A DNA stretch of 64,000 nucleotides from Candidatus Spongiisociaceae bacterium. GTDB taxonomy: Bacteria; Actinomycetota; Acidimicrobiia; Spongiisociales; Spongiisociaceae. Below are positions 1-10,317 of this stretch, piece by piece. The stretch lies in the NCBI GenBank assembly GCA_965262915.1, contig OZ253564.1, positions 3,840,001-3,904,000 of the forward strand. Direction: 5' to 3'. The position numbers were made by a program, and so were the translations under genes. The notes under the pieces were generated by a model. That model did not search any database, was not told the origin of the DNA, and was given only the letters and a program-made list of their open reading frames with translations. The first letter of the stretch is position 1, and the number at the start of each line of letters is the position of its first letter.

Positions 1-140
1 AATGGTGAGGTGCGCACGTCAACCACCACCTCGACCCCGTACCGCTGGAGAAGATCCACGAAGACCCCGAGCGGATGGGTCGAGTGCCCGATCGACATGA
101 GCACGGGACCGCCCTCCCGCCCCGGATCAGCCTCGCTCAT
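1..140 (-). CDS. DUF488-family protein, N-terminal part (runs off the window edge)
   Basis: Manual translation from ATG at 140: MSEADPGREGGPVLMSIGHSTHPLGVFVDLLQRYGVEVVVDVRTSP; the IGHS...VDVR.xP pattern is typical of DUF488. Confidence 0.7.
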   Translation of the reverse strand, partial: MSEADPGREGGPVLMSIGHSTHPLGVFVDLLQRYGVEVVVDVRTSP

Positions 141-232
141 GCCGGATCATCCGCCGTAACCGACCACACATGCATACATATACGTATGCCTTCACCGCAC
201 AGGCATGCCACACGGCGAGGATTTCCGGAGCC

Positions 233-622
233 TTAGCCGGAAGGCCAGTGTTGGACATCGAGTTCCGGCATCGGGAAATCGGAAACGTTCGCCGTGGCCA
301 ACGCTGCGGCGATCCCGACGGCCGAGGATGCGATCAAGCAGTCAGCCTGGTGGAGGGTGACCCCGCGCTCGGCGAACTCACGACGCCAGCGGCCTGCACG
401 CTGCGCTTCGGCGGCGCGGAGCGGCGCCAGCCGGAGAGCCCGAACCAGGCGACGAGCGGAAGGTTCCTCCTGAGACCGAAGACCACGCCAGATCTCCTCG
501 ATCGAGATGGCCGATACCCACGGCTCGACACCGACGCGTCTGAGTCCCTTGATGCGACCGGCGGCGGGCCGTCCTCGGAGCGCGTCGATCAGCACCGTCG
601 AGTCGAGCAGCAGCCGGGACAC
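233..622 (-). CDS. vapC: VapC-type PIN domain toxin
   Basis: GTG start 2 nt after the antitoxin stop; LLDSTVLID, SIEE, DCLIA, ATANVSDF PIN motifs. Confidence 0.85.
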   Translation of the reverse strand: MSRLLLDSTVLIDALRGRPAAGRIKGLRRVGVEPWVSAISIEEIWRGLRSQEEPSARRLVRALRLAPLRAAEAQRAGRWRREFAERGVTLHQADCLIASSAVGIAAALATANVSDFPMPELDVQHWPSG

Positions 623-624
623 GC

Positions 625-864
625 TCAGCCCACCCGCCGAGGATCGCCTTTGCGCTGTGCCCGAACCCAACTCGCAGGACCGTCATCCCAGTCGTGGCCC
701 GTGTCCGAAATGGTCCCCAACGATGCTTCTATTTCATCCCAACGACGCTCGTCATCCAGACCCCGACGGATCAATGCAGCGATGAAGGCGCTGCGGCGCC
801 TCGGCCCCGCCCGCCGATCAAGGTCGGCCACGAGTTCATCATCCAGGTGTATGTGTAATCGCAT
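625..864 (-). CDS. vapB: VapB-type ribbon-helix-helix antitoxin
   Basis: MRLHIHLDDELVADLDRRAG...RSAFIAALIRR RHH pattern, directly upstream of the PIN gene. Confidence 0.8.
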   Translation of the reverse strand: MRLHIHLDDELVADLDRRAGPRRRSAFIAALIRRGLDDERRWDEIEASLGTISDTGHDWDDGPASWVRAQRKGDPRRVG

Positions 865-960
865 GTGTTCTTCTCTACACACTAGTACCGATCCACGGCT
901 CCTACGGCGTCTTCCCGCTCGACGACCGAGGGAACGTCCGGATCAACCCAAGGTTGTCCC

Positions 961-998
961 TTGTACTGTTGCGAGACATGGTGTACGTTGACCCTATG
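961..998 (+). promoter_or_regulatory. Leaderless sigma70-type promoter of TA copy 1
   Basis: TTGTAC(961-966), 17 bp, TACGTT(984-989), 6 nt, ATG(996). Confidence 0.6.
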
Positions 999-1253
999 GA
1001 CGATATCCAGTTCTTGCATGTGACCCGCGGATCCGGACCGGACGACGAGCAGTTGGCCGCCGCCATGGAGGAGGTCTACGAGGCCAGCTCCAAGGACCCG
1101 AACCGTTGGCACAACAACCCGGAGAAGCAGCGCGAAGCCCTCGAAGGTCTCGGCAGGCTGCTCGCCGAATGGCAGGAGGAGAACGGGGCCTTCACCGAAG
1201 AGGAACTCGCCAGGGCACGTGCCCGCAAGTCCGGTGTCGACGTTCGTTCTTGA
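996..1253 (+). CDS. Antitoxin, repeated TA family, copy 1
   Basis: EQLAAA...WHNNPEK.REALEGLGRLLAEWQEENGAFTEEELARAR; overlaps the PIN gene by 20 nt. Confidence 0.75.
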   Translation: MDDIQFLHVTRGSGPDDEQLAAAMEEVYEASSKDPNRWHNNPEKQREALEGLGRLLAEWQEENGAFTEEELARARARKSGVDVRS

Positions 1254-1632
1254 TGCGGGGGCGCTGATTGCGCTGGACCGCGGCAACCGTGAGCTGTTGT
1301 CGACCCTTCAAACGGCGTTTGAGGACGGCGACCGGGTCATAGCTCCCACCGGAGCCATCGGCCAGGCTTGGAGGAACCCGAATCGACAAGTCGCTCTGTC
1401 GCGTTCGCTCAAGCGCTGTGACGAGGTGCCGCTGGACGGATCGGCGGCTCGGGCGTCCGGACGGCTCTGCGGTCGAGCCGGCACCTCCGATCTGATCGAC
1501 GCCTCTATTGCGGTCGCCGTGGCGAATGCCACGCTCCGCCATGGTGATGTCGTACTCCTCACATCCGACTCGAGGGACATGAAGGACCTGCTCGCAGCCC
1601 TGGATGCCGACGCTAGAGTCGTCGCTGTCTGA
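1234..1632 (+). CDS. PIN domain toxin, repeated TA family, copy 1
   Basis: GTG start; VLDAGALIALDRG...GTSDLIDAS...LLTSD. Confidence 0.8.
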   Translation: MSTFVLDAGALIALDRGNRELLSTLQTAFEDGDRVIAPTGAIGQAWRNPNRQVALSRSLKRCDEVPLDGSAARASGRLCGRAGTSDLIDASIAVAVANATLRHGDVVLLTSDSRDMKDLLAALDADARVVAV

Positions 1633-1826
1633 CCGCCTCCCAACCCTGATGGATGCGACATTGGCGACCGTCACCAACGGAGTCCGAGCCGGGCGGTGGG
1701 CGTGGATACCGCTGTCAACTCTCCTGGATCGCTGCCCCTCCACCACCGGATCATCTCAGCAGGAAGCCCATCTCCCCACCGTGTGACTCCACGACCGTGC
1801 CGGTGGACACCCTCTTGTGGGGGCGG

Positions 1827-2741
1827 TCAAGTCGAGGGTCGGGGCGTCACACCGAAGGTGAACAGGTCCGATCTGCTGTAGTGCCCGGCCACGTCGAGGT
1901 CGTACTTTCCCCGGATGGTGTTGGACGGATCGATCTCGGCCAGGAGGATCGTCTCGCTCCCGTAGTGAGGACCGGCCAGCACCTCTCCGAACGGGTCGAC
2001 GATGCAGCTTCCGCCCCGGGTCATCACCTCGTCGGGCGCCTCCCCGAAGACGGACGGGTAGTCGTCCGGGTAATCGGATCGGGTCGCATACTGGTTGGCG
2101 GACAGCACGTAGCAACGGCCCTCCACCGCGATATGCCTCATCGACGCGGTCCAACTGTCCCTGGCGTCGGCGGTCGGAGCGCACCAGATCTGGATGTTCT
2201 GGCGATACAGGGAGTAACGGAGGAGCGGCATGTAGTTCTCCCAGCAGATGGCCGCGCCGAGGTTGCCGTGCCGTGTCTCGTGGACCTTCAACGTCGAACC
2301 GTCACCGAAACCCCAGATGAGGCGTTCCGATCCTGTGGGCATGACCTTGCGATGCTTGCCGTACATACCCTCTTCGGGGGAGAAGAAGAGAACCGAGCAA
2401 TAGAGGGTCCCTCCGCCGCGCTCGATGACGCCGATCACTATGTCCAACGACAGGTCTCCCGCCATCTCGGAGAGTCCGTCGGTGATAGGTCCGGGGACGT
2501 CGATCGCCGATTCCCAGTAGCGAAGGAACATGTCGCGCCCGGCCTCGCTCCTCGATCCTACGACGGCGCCGAAATCCTGGCCGCGAGGGTATGCCGAGAG
2601 GAACGCTTCGGGAAACACCGCCAACTCGGCACCGGAAGCCCTGGCTCGTCCGGCGAGTTCGACGGCCTTGGAGAGCGTGGCCGCCGGCCGGAATGCGACC
2701 GGAGCGGCTTGCACGACTGCCGCGATGAAGGTCTTGCCCAC
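1827..2741 (-). CDS. Nitrilase (carbon-nitrogen hydrolase family)
   Basis: E-K-C triad motifs FPEAF, KHRKVMPT, ICWENYMP; C-terminal D..GHYSR. Confidence 0.9.
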   Translation of the reverse strand: MGKTFIAAVVQAAPVAFRPAATLSKAVELAGRARASGAELAVFPEAFLSAYPRGQDFGAVVGSRSEAGRDMFLRYWESAIDVPGPITDGLSEMAGDLSLDIVIGVIERGGGTLYCSVLFFSPEEGMYGKHRKVMPTGSERLIWGFGDGSTLKVHETRHGNLGAAICWENYMPLLRYSLYRQNIQIWCAPTADARDSWTASMRHIAVEGRCYVLSANQYATRSDYPDDYPSVFGEAPDEVMTRGGSCIVDPFGEVLAGPHYGSETILLAEIDPSNTIRGKYDLDVAGHYSRSDLFTFGVTPRPST

Positions 2742-2840
2742 CCTCCGCCTCCTGGCGTGGGCGGCAACGACGGGAGCGAATCGGGGGCCACGCCGTTGCC
2801 TGTTACCGGACCGTCGTCACGACCCGTGCGGCAAACCTGA

Positions 2841-2868
2841 TTGACACGTGTGACATACGCCGTATCGT
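2841..2868 (+). promoter_or_regulatory. Putative sigma70 promoter for the cupin/hydrolase genes
   Basis: TTGACA, 16 bp, TATCGT. Confidence 0.45.
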
Positions 2869-2937
2869 GGCCTCGTTCCAGCGAGATTCCCATCCCTCTG
2901 AAAGGCTACCCAGGTTGGATTCGACGAAAGGGTTCCC

Positions 2938-3384
2938 ATGGCCAAGCGCAGATTCACCGATGTCGAGGCGTACCAGCACGCGGACGATCAGTACTACTAC
3001 CGCCCCGTCGTGGCGGGCGTTGAACTGTTCACCTACGTCGCCCACGTACCGGCCGGGGGCCACATGCCGGCCGACGCCGAGGAGGCGGAACTCTTCGAGC
3101 TCTCGCTGTTCATGCTGGAGGGCCAACTCGACACCGTGCTGGGTGACGAAACGGTACCGATTGCCAAGGGCGACGCGCTACATATCCGCCGGGGCGTGGC
3201 CTTCGGTGTCACCAACAATGGTTCAGGTCCGGCATCGTTCGTCCTGAGCTTCTCGCCCCCGCCCCCCAATGTCGATCTGGACACGATGAAGCAATCGGCC
3301 ATCGATCGTGGCCGGAACGTGATCGAAGCATCCGACGTGGAAGGTGTGGTCGGAGCCCTCTCGTTTCCCGGCACCGGGTCTTGA
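2938..3384 (+). CDS. Cupin-domain protein
   Basis: VPAGG...FMLEGQL...GDALHI..GVAFGVTN.G beta-barrel pattern; the metal-binding His residues are largely absent. Confidence 0.75.
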   Translation: MAKRRFTDVEAYQHADDQYYYRPVVAGVELFTYVAHVPAGGHMPADAEEAELFELSLFMLEGQLDTVLGDETVPIAKGDALHIRRGVAFGVTNNGSGPASFVLSFSPPPPNVDLDTMKQSAIDRGRNVIEASDVEGVVGALSFPGTGS

Positions 3385-3422
3385 TCAACCGCCGGATGGA
3401 CTACGTGCGTAGGCTCTGAGAC

Positions 3423-4412
3423 GTGACCGACGCCGCGAACTACCGGGAGGAGACACGGCTCGTCGACGTTGAGGGAGCGGTACTTGCCGGAACCCTCACC
3501 CACCCCGCCGACGATGGACCGTGGCCGGTGACCCTCCTGCTGGGCGGAACGTTCTCCGACCTCCGTGACGCGGATGTCGACCCGAGGTTGTTCCCCGGTG
3601 CGCCCAAGCGTGGCATGTATGCCCTCCTGGCGCGTGGCCTGGCGGAAGCCGGTATCGCGTCCTACCGTTTCGACCGGAGGGGCGCCGGCGAGAGCACGGG
3701 CGAATTCGGTACGGGCCGCGCCCGGGAGGTGGCCGACGCGGGCGCCGTCTGGCAATGGATCCGGTCGCTCGACGAGGGCAGCGGGAAAGCGGCCATGCTC
3801 GGTCACAGCGCCGGCGCCTACGTGCTCTGCCGCGTGGCCCTGGAAGTCGGACAACCCGATGCGGCGGTCCTGCAGGGAGCGCTGTACCGATCGATCCCCG
3901 AGTTGCTGGAATACAACTACCGCCTCGTGCTCGACTACATGGAGACCGGAGAGGCGCGGACCCGATGGGTGCAAACCCATGCCCCCAAGGCCTACCAGGA
4001 CGCCCTGATGCTGGAATCGACCCTCGCCGCGCTCGAGAGCGGCGCCCGGACGGTCCGAGTGGAAATCGACGATGTCGCGGTCGAACGGGACCTCACCCCC
4101 CTCGCATACGACTTGGACCTCCCACCCGAGGACCAGTTCCGGCATCTCAGCGCCCCGACCCTCGTGTTGCACGCCGGCGAGGACCTCAACGTCCCGGTAG
4201 AAGACGCCTTCAACACTGTCCGGGCCCTATGGGCCGCCGGCAACCGAGAAGTGGAACTACGCATCGTCCCCGGGGCTAACCACTCGTTCCAACTGGACTC
4301 CGACGACTACGACATCAGGGTCCAGGAGAAGATCACGCTCCACAACTTCAACCGCCCCTTCCACGCCCTGTACCCGGCCGCCGTAATCGACTACCTGGCA
4401 CGCAATCTGTGA
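3423..4412 (+). CDS. Alpha/beta hydrolase
   Basis: RFDRRGAGES, GHSAG nucleophile elbow, GEDLNVP, GANHSF. Confidence 0.85.
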   Translation: MTDAANYREETRLVDVEGAVLAGTLTHPADDGPWPVTLLLGGTFSDLRDADVDPRLFPGAPKRGMYALLARGLAEAGIASYRFDRRGAGESTGEFGTGRAREVADAGAVWQWIRSLDEGSGKAAMLGHSAGAYVLCRVALEVGQPDAAVLQGALYRSIPELLEYNYRLVLDYMETGEARTRWVQTHAPKAYQDALMLESTLAALESGARTVRVEIDDVAVERDLTPLAYDLDLPPEDQFRHLSAPTLVLHAGEDLNVPVEDAFNTVRALWAAGNREVELRIVPGANHSFQLDSDDYDIRVQEKITLHNFNRPFHALYPAAVIDYLARNL

Positions 4413-4536
4413 CCACGTAATATGAAGTACCGGTCGTTGTTGACACCCCCCGGTACGCCGCAAAACATGGACGCCGCGCGTGCGCGGGCTGATACAGTGT
4501 GGCTATCGAGGGAGTTCAGCCGTTCGGGAGAACGAC

Positions 4537-6180
4537 ATGCCCGGTTTGGCCTATTCAAGAGGCGAAGATACGACCCCCCTGTTGAGGGAGACCATCGGCC
4601 AGAACCTCGAATCGATGGTTGCACGGTTCCCCGACCGCGACGCCCTCGTGTCGGTGCATCAAGGAATCAGCCAGACCTACCGGGCCTTCGACGAGTCGGT
4701 CGACCTGCTCGCTATGGGCCTGCTGCGCCTCGGACTCGAAGTCGGTGACCGGGTGGGCATCTGGAGCCCGAACTGCGCGGAGTGGGTATGGCTGCAGTAC
4801 GCCACCGCCAAGGTCGGGGTGGTCCTCGTCAACATCAACCCCGCCTACCGGACCCACGAACTGCGCTACGTATTGACGCAATCGGGATGCCGGGTACTGG
4901 TCTCGGCACAGAAGTACCTTTCCTCGGACTACCGCCACATGGTCTCCGAGGTCGAGGACGATCTGGACGACCTGGAGCAGGTGATCTTCCTCGGCACCCC
5001 CGAGTGGGATGCCCTCATGGAGCCGTCGGAGGACGGGATGGACGAAGTGATGGCCAGCCGGGCCGCCACCCTGCACCACCACGACGCCATCAACATCCAG
5101 TACACATCCGGTACCACCGGGTTCCCCAAGGGCGCCACGCTCAGCCACTCCAACATCCTCAACAACGCCTTCTTCGTCGGTGAGTCGTGCGCCTACACCG
5201 AGGAGGACCGGGTCTGCATCCCGGTGCCCCTCTACCACTGCTTCGGCATGGTCTTGGGAACCCTCGCCTGCACGACGCACGGTTCCGCCATCGTGCTTCC
5301 GGGCCTTGGCTTCAACCCGGAGGAGGTTCTCACCGCGGTCCAGGAGGAGAGGTGCACCAGCCTGTACGGGGTGCCAACGATGTTCATCGCCGAACTAGCA
5401 CATCCCGACCTGCAGTCGTTCGACCTGTCGTCGCTCCGTACCGGGATCATGGCCGGCTCCCCGTGCCCGGTGGAAGTGATGAAGCAGGTGTTGAACGAGA
5501 TGAACATGACTGACGTGACCATCGCCTACGGCATGACCGAGACGTCCCCGGTGTCCACCCAGACGATGACCACCGACACCATCGAGCGGAGGGTCTCCAC
5601 CGTCGGCCGGGTCCATCCCCATGTGGAGATCAAGATCATCGACCCCGAAACCGGCGAGACAGTCGAGCGGGGTGGGGACGGCGAACTGTGCACCCGTGGC
5701 TACTCGGTCATGCTCGGCTACTGGAACGACCCGCAGCGGACCACCGAATCGATCGACGCGGACGGGTGGATGCATTCCGGGGACCTGGCCACGATGGACT
5801 CGGACGGCTATATGAACATCGTCGGGCGGATCAAGGACATGATCATCCGGGGTGGTGAGAACATCTACCCCAGGGAGATCGAGGAGTACCTGTACGGGCA
5901 TCCCGCCATCGAGGACGTGCAGGTCATCGGCGTCCCCGACGAGAAGTACGGTGAACAGGTCATGGCCTGGGTCAAGCTGCGCGAAGGCAGCGACGCGACC
6001 GGAGAGGACATCCGGGACTTCTGCCGGGGCCGGATCGCCCACTTCAAGGTCCCCAGGTATGTGAAGTTCGTGGACGGATTCCCGATGACCGTCACCGGCA
6101 AGATCCGCAAGGTGGAGATGCGGGAGATCTCCATCGCCGAGTTGGGGCTGGAGGACGCCGCCGGCATCAAGTCCGCCTAG
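4537..6180 (+). CDS. AMP-binding acyl-CoA synthetase
   Basis: [43 protein letters not shown] motifs. Confidence 0.92.
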   Translation: MPGLAYSRGEDTTPLLRETIGQNLESMVARFPDRDALVSVHQGISQTYRAFDESVDLLAMGLLRLGLEVGDRVGIWSPNCAEWVWLQYATAKVGVVLVNINPAYRTHELRYVLTQSGCRVLVSAQKYLSSDYRHMVSEVEDDLDDLEQVIFLGTPEWDALMEPSEDGMDEVMASRAATLHHHDAINIQYTSGTTGFPKGATLSHSNILNNAFFVGESCAYTEEDRVCIPVPLYHCFGMVLGTLACTTHGSAIVLPGLGFNPEEVLTAVQEERCTSLYGVPTMFIAELAHPDLQSFDLSSLRTGIMAGSPCPVEVMKQVLNEMNMTDVTIAYGMTETSPVSTQTMTTDTIERRVSTVGRVHPHVEIKIIDPETGETVERGGDGELCTRGYSVMLGYWNDPQRTTESIDADGWMHSGDLATMDSDGYMNIVGRIKDMIIRGGENIYPREIEEYLYGHPAIEDVQVIGVPDEKYGEQVMAWVKLREGSDATGEDIRDFCRGRIAHFKVPRYVKFVDGFPMTVTGKIRKVEMREISIAELGLEDAAGIKSA

Positions 6181-6344
6181 TGGTCTGTCTGCAAAACAAC
6201 CTGGCGTGCTCTGCTTGCCATCGACGCTCCTCGCTGCGTTCCGCCTCCTCGACGTACGCTGCCGGTACGCTTTCGTCGGCGGGCCTTGCGAGGAACGGCA
6301 CTGCCTGCGCATACCACACCGCCATTTCACAGACAGACCACTAG
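6177..6344. repeat. Palindromic MITE/REP-like element (family C)
   Basis: CTAGTGGTCTGTCTG ... CAGACAGACCACTAG terminal inverted repeat with nested internal hairpins, between convergent genes. Confidence 0.7.
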
Positions 6345-7480
6345 CAGCACCTCGTAACCGACGGTGCCGAGCCGACCCCTCGAGGAAGGTTGTCCGCCGT
6401 CTTGCTGTGCCGGTCCAGCTTGTGGAAGAAGTCGCGATAGACAGCATCCCTATCGACATCCGTTGCTTCGCTCATGAGGGGCCGGTCGGGATGATGCTGC
6501 CAGATGAGGTCGCCGTCGAGGGTCGGTGTGGGTAGGAACATGGTCGGCACCCAGGTCGGGTCGATCAACCACGCGAAGTTGATGAAGTCCCAGCAGACCC
6601 AGGACTGGCCCGGGAAGGGCTCGACGAGCCGCTGAGCGCGCAGGCGGTTGTGCGTGTACAGGTAATGGAGATAGTTACCGATCTCTCCACGGCCGTTGAC
6701 CCACCGTTCCGACTCCGGCAGCGACATCACGAGTTGCTCGCCGATGTAATACCCCGGCAGGTACAGGAAGGGTACACCCGAGTCGAACAGCAGGCGCGAG
6801 GCGTGCTGGTCCTGCACCAGGTTCATCGAGGGCGAATTGCTGAACTTCACGAACGTCGGGAAGCCGGACGTCCAGGACACCACCATCCGGGTGATGATCT
6901 CCGGTTCCATCAGCAGCGCCGCGGCGATGTTGGTGAGAGCGCCGATCGCCACGACATGGAGAAGCCGATCGTCGTCGGCCATGGCGGCTTCGATGATGCG
7001 GCGGGCACCCTCGCTGTCCACGATGTCGTCGGGCGCCTCCATGAAACGGTCGGCTCCGCGGAAGGCCACCCCCTCCGAAGACATGCCGAGCCAGCCCATG
7101 ATGGTGCCGATCTCAGCGAACGACATCTCCATACCTTCGGCCGTCGTCTCGAAGCGGACATCCTCGGGGTCGATACCGGCGTCCCTCAGCCGGTGTACCC
7201 ACGCCGCGATGTCGTCAACCTCGGCGGCCGTCGAGTCGTCCACATTTGCCCGGGCCGCCGCCAGCAGCGGCTCCCTGAAGTAAGCCCGCGAGAACGGCGC
7301 GGCCACGATCGCCTCTATGTCAAGCCGTTCAGGCGACAGCAGCCCCCACGTGAGCGCGAACTGGTCATCGACCTCGTTCGCCGCATCCGTGTCGATGACA
7401 ACCCGAACCCTGCCGGGCTGCGGGGCCAGCATCTCCTTGCGACGATCGTCGCTGATATGGGGGAAGGTTGCTGTGCTCAC
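6341..7480 (-). CDS. Nucleoside hydrolase family protein
   Basis: VVIDTDAANEVDD, AIGALTNIA, N...D, CWD motifs. Confidence 0.85.
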   Translation of the reverse strand: MSTATFPHISDDRRKEMLAPQPGRVRVVIDTDAANEVDDQFALTWGLLSPERLDIEAIVAAPFSRAYFREPLLAAARANVDDSTAAEVDDIAAWVHRLRDAGIDPEDVRFETTAEGMEMSFAEIGTIMGWLGMSSEGVAFRGADRFMEAPDDIVDSEGARRIIEAAMADDDRLLHVVAIGALTNIAAALLMEPEIITRMVVSWTSGFPTFVKFSNSPSMNLVQDQHASRLLFDSGVPFLYLPGYYIGEQLVMSLPESERWVNGRGEIGNYLHYLYTHNRLRAQRLVEPFPGQSWVCWDFINFAWLIDPTWVPTMFLPTPTLDGDLIWQHHPDRPLMSEATDVDRDAVYRDFFHKLDRHSKTADNLPRGVGSAPSVTRCC

Positions 7481-7522
7481 GGCGCCATATCGTAGTGAGG
7501 TCGCCTGGTCTCCGCGCGAGCC

Positions 7523-8599
7523 CTACCGGATCCGGTCGGCGATGGCTGTACCGACCTCGTCGGTGGTGTTGGTCCCGCCCATGTCGCGAGTACCAACTTC
7601 GCCTTCCGCCAGTACATCGGTGATTGCTATACCCACGGCATCGGCCGCTTGATGCTCACCCAGGTGGTCCAGCATCATCCGCACCGCTTCGATCGACGCG
7701 ATCGGGTTCACCCGCCGCTGACCCGTGTACTTGGGTGCGGAACCGTGGATCGGTTCGAACATCGACGGGAACCGATGCTCCGGATCGATATTGCCGCCGG
7801 CGGCGAAACCCATACCCCCCTGCAACATGGCGCCCAGATCGGTGATGATGTCTCCGAACAAGTTGGACGCCACCACCACGTCGAACCACTCCGGGTTCTT
7901 CACCATCCACATCGACAGGGCGTCCACCAACGCCATGTCGGTCTCCACATCCGGGTAGTTGCCGGCCACCTCGTCGAACACCGTGTCCCAGAACACCATC
8001 GAGTAGTTGAGCGCGTTCGACTTGGTGCAGTTGGTGACCCGACCGACCGGCGCCTCGGTACCCAGCTTGGAGCGCGACCGGGCCAGCTCGAACGAGTACC
8101 GCATGACTCGCTCGCAGCCCTTGTAGGTGAACACGGCCGTTTGCATCGCCACCGCGTCGGGGGTGCCCGCTTTGAAGATGCCACCCTGCGCGGCATACTC
8201 GCCCTCGGTGTTCTCCCGGACCACCACCATGTCCAGCGTCTCCGGTGTAGCTGTGCGGATCGGTGTTGCGACCCCCGGGTACAGCCGGATCGGCCTCAGG
8301 TTGACGTACTGGTCGAACCCGCGCCGTACCCCGAGTATCAACTCCAGCGACAAATGGTCGGGCACCTTGGACACGTCACCCACGGAACCGAGGAATATCG
8401 CATCGAACGCGGCCAGGGTGTCGAGATAGTCGTCCGGCATCATCTTCCCGTCGGCTAGGTACCGGTCGCAGCCCCAGTCGAACCATTCCGTCTCCACCTC
8501 GAAACCGTGACGGCTCGCCGTCGCCCTAAGAGCCCGCTCCGCCTCCTCCGACACTTCCGGACCGACACCATCCGCCGGAATCACAGCTATCCGATACAC
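7523..8599 (-). CDS. Tartrate dehydrogenase / isopropylmalate dehydrogenase family, copy 1
   Basis: IPADGVGPEV, VRENTEGEY, KSNAL, ASNLFGDIITDL, FEPIHGSAP; start GTG 8599 or TTG 8605. Confidence 0.9.
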   Translation of the reverse strand: MYRIAVIPADGVGPEVSEEAERALRATASRHGFEVETEWFDWGCDRYLADGKMMPDDYLDTLAAFDAIFLGSVGDVSKVPDHLSLELILGVRRGFDQYVNLRPIRLYPGVATPIRTATPETLDMVVVRENTEGEYAAQGGIFKAGTPDAVAMQTAVFTYKGCERVMRYSFELARSRSKLGTEAPVGRVTNCTKSNALNYSMVFWDTVFDEVAGNYPDVETDMALVDALSMWMVKNPEWFDVVVASNLFGDIITDLGAMLQGGMGFAAGGNIDPEHRFPSMFEPIHGSAPKYTGQRRVNPIASIEAVRMMLDHLGEHQAADAVGIAITDVLAEGEVGTRDMGGTNTTDEVGTAIADRIR

Positions 8600-8838
8600 G
8601 CTCAAGACCCCTCACTCTCGGTACACCGCGGCACCGTAACACCGCTCCACACAACGGCTCAAACCGTCCGGCTAGCGGGAAAGGACCCTCACCCCCGTAC
8701 ACCACAAGAATGGACACCACTCGCCGCTCTCGCCGAACAGTGAGGAAGGCAGATTCGCGACCCTACACAGCCACAGCGAACTGTCAGCTCACCGGCTCGC
8801 GACGCGAAGATCGCCTAGTCGAGGCTACTTCACGACCC

Positions 8839-8985
8839 TTGAACACACCGGGATGACACCGTACGTTGGACGTATGCGCAGCGACAAGCTCAACGCCATA
8901 ACGTGTAGCATGCGTGAACACCGATCCCATGAGCAGCGAGCCGGGACCACCCCTAACGCATTGAGGGTCCGAGCATCCGGTCAAC
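8839..8985 (+). pseudogene. Relic of the repeated TA unit: intact promoter plus decayed antitoxin
   Basis: CCC-TTGAAC, 17 bp, TACGTT, 6 nt, ATG(8874), same geometry as the other copies; MRSDKL...HEQRA...RASG echoes MAYDEL...EEQLA...RVSG. Confidence 0.5.
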
Positions 8986-9055
8986 CGCGTGCTGGGACTA
9001 ACGCCGCCGACTTGACCGATCGTCGGCCTAACGTAGTTATACACCTCGGACAACC

Positions 9056-9438
9056 ATGATCGATTTTGTCGTGCGGGGCACACCCAGATCGCAGCAGGCG
9101 AAGAACAAGAAGGGCTGGATAGAGCGAGCCCAAAGGGCCGTTCCGTCCACCGCCGACCTTCTCGAAGGCCCGCTGCGCGTACGGATCGATTCTTCTTCAG
9201 GGGCTCAACCGACCTGGACACCGACAACATCATCAAGCCGATCCAAGACGCGCTCAAGGAAATCCTCTACGATGACGACGAGACCGTCGTAGACGTGTGC
9301 GCCCGCAAGATCAACCTCTACCGGCTCCCTACTATCCTCAGTGTCCCAGACAAGCTGCTACGAGCATTGGAAGATTTGTCGAGTGACTTCGTGTTCGTAA
9401 GAGTCGCGCCCGCGCACCGTAGTCTGGCCTTCACATGA
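9056..9438 (+). pseudogene. RusA-family Holliday junction resolvase-like gene with a one-base frameshift near 9190
   Basis: MIDFVVRGTPRSQQ... continues after +1 T as FFFRGSTDLDTDNIIKPIQDALKEILYDDDETV, the RusA D.DN..K...DAL...DD motif; stop TGA overlaps the next ATG. Confidence 0.75.
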
Positions 9439-9528
9439 GCAACCGATTAGCAGCACTACGCGCCCTTGATCGTGTACGAGCGCGGTACGAGGAGGAGGGG
9501 TACGAAGTCACCGTCGGGCAACGGCTAC

Positions 9529-10317
9529 CTAGGGCGTGTTCACGTTTCTGAGCGTGTCGTGTATGAGCGCGAGGGTGATGAATGCTAGGAACATCACGTC
9601 GAGTTTGTCGTAGCGGGTGAAGACACGCCGGTAGCCTTTGAGCCGTCGGAAGAGCCGTTCGACCTCGTTCCGTCGCTTGTATATCGGACGGTTGTAGTCC
9701 CACGGGTGGCGGCGGTTGCTTCGGGGTGGGATGACCGGCGTGTAGCCCAGAGCGACGGCCAGTTGCCGTGTTTCGTCCCCTTCATAGGCGCGGTCCGCTA
9801 CCAGGAACAGCTCTAGCTGCTCCCCTTCCTGCTCCTTTTTTCGTGGGCCCATCTTTTTGAGGAGCTCCCGCCCATGGGGAGCATCATGGTCCTGACCTGG
9901 GGAAAGAGCGAATAAGACGGCGCTACAAGCGCTGGCCGCGACCATGTGGATCTTGGTGTTCAACCCTCCCCGGGAGCGACCGATGGCCTGGGGACCCCGC
10001 TTTCGGAGAGCACCACAGCCGTCGGGATGAACCTTGACCGACGTGCTGTCCAGGCCCAGAACTTCGAGGTCGATGAGCTGTTCCTGCTGTAGACGCTGGA
10101 ACACCCGGTCCAAGACGCCGCTGGCCGCCCAGCGGCTCATCCGCATGTAAACGGTGTGCCAGTTCCCGAACCGTTCGGGAAGCGCCCGCCATTTGCAGCC
10201 GTGCTCCAGTACGTACAGGATGCCGTTGAGGGCTTGGAGGTTGGATACCTTGACGGTACCGCGGGGTTTCGGGAACACGTCTACTATGAGTTGGTATTGT
10301 TCTTGTGTTATTGTCAT
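9529..10317 (-). CDS. IS5-family transposase
   Basis: GCKWRALPERFGNWHTVY, LDSTSVKVH, GRSRGGLNTKIH, ADRAY, YKRRNEVERLFRRLK. Confidence 0.95.
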   Translation of the reverse strand: MTITQEQYQLIVDVFPKPRGTVKVSNLQALNGILYVLEHGCKWRALPERFGNWHTVYMRMSRWAASGVLDRVFQRLQQEQLIDLEVLGLDSTSVKVHPDGCGALRKRGPQAIGRSRGGLNTKIHMVAASACSAVLFALSPGQDHDAPHGRELLKKMGPRKKEQEGEQLELFLVADRAYEGDETRQLAVALGYTPVIPPRSNRRHPWDYNRPIYKRRNEVERLFRRLKGYRRVFTRYDKLDVMFLAFITLALIHDTLRNVNTP

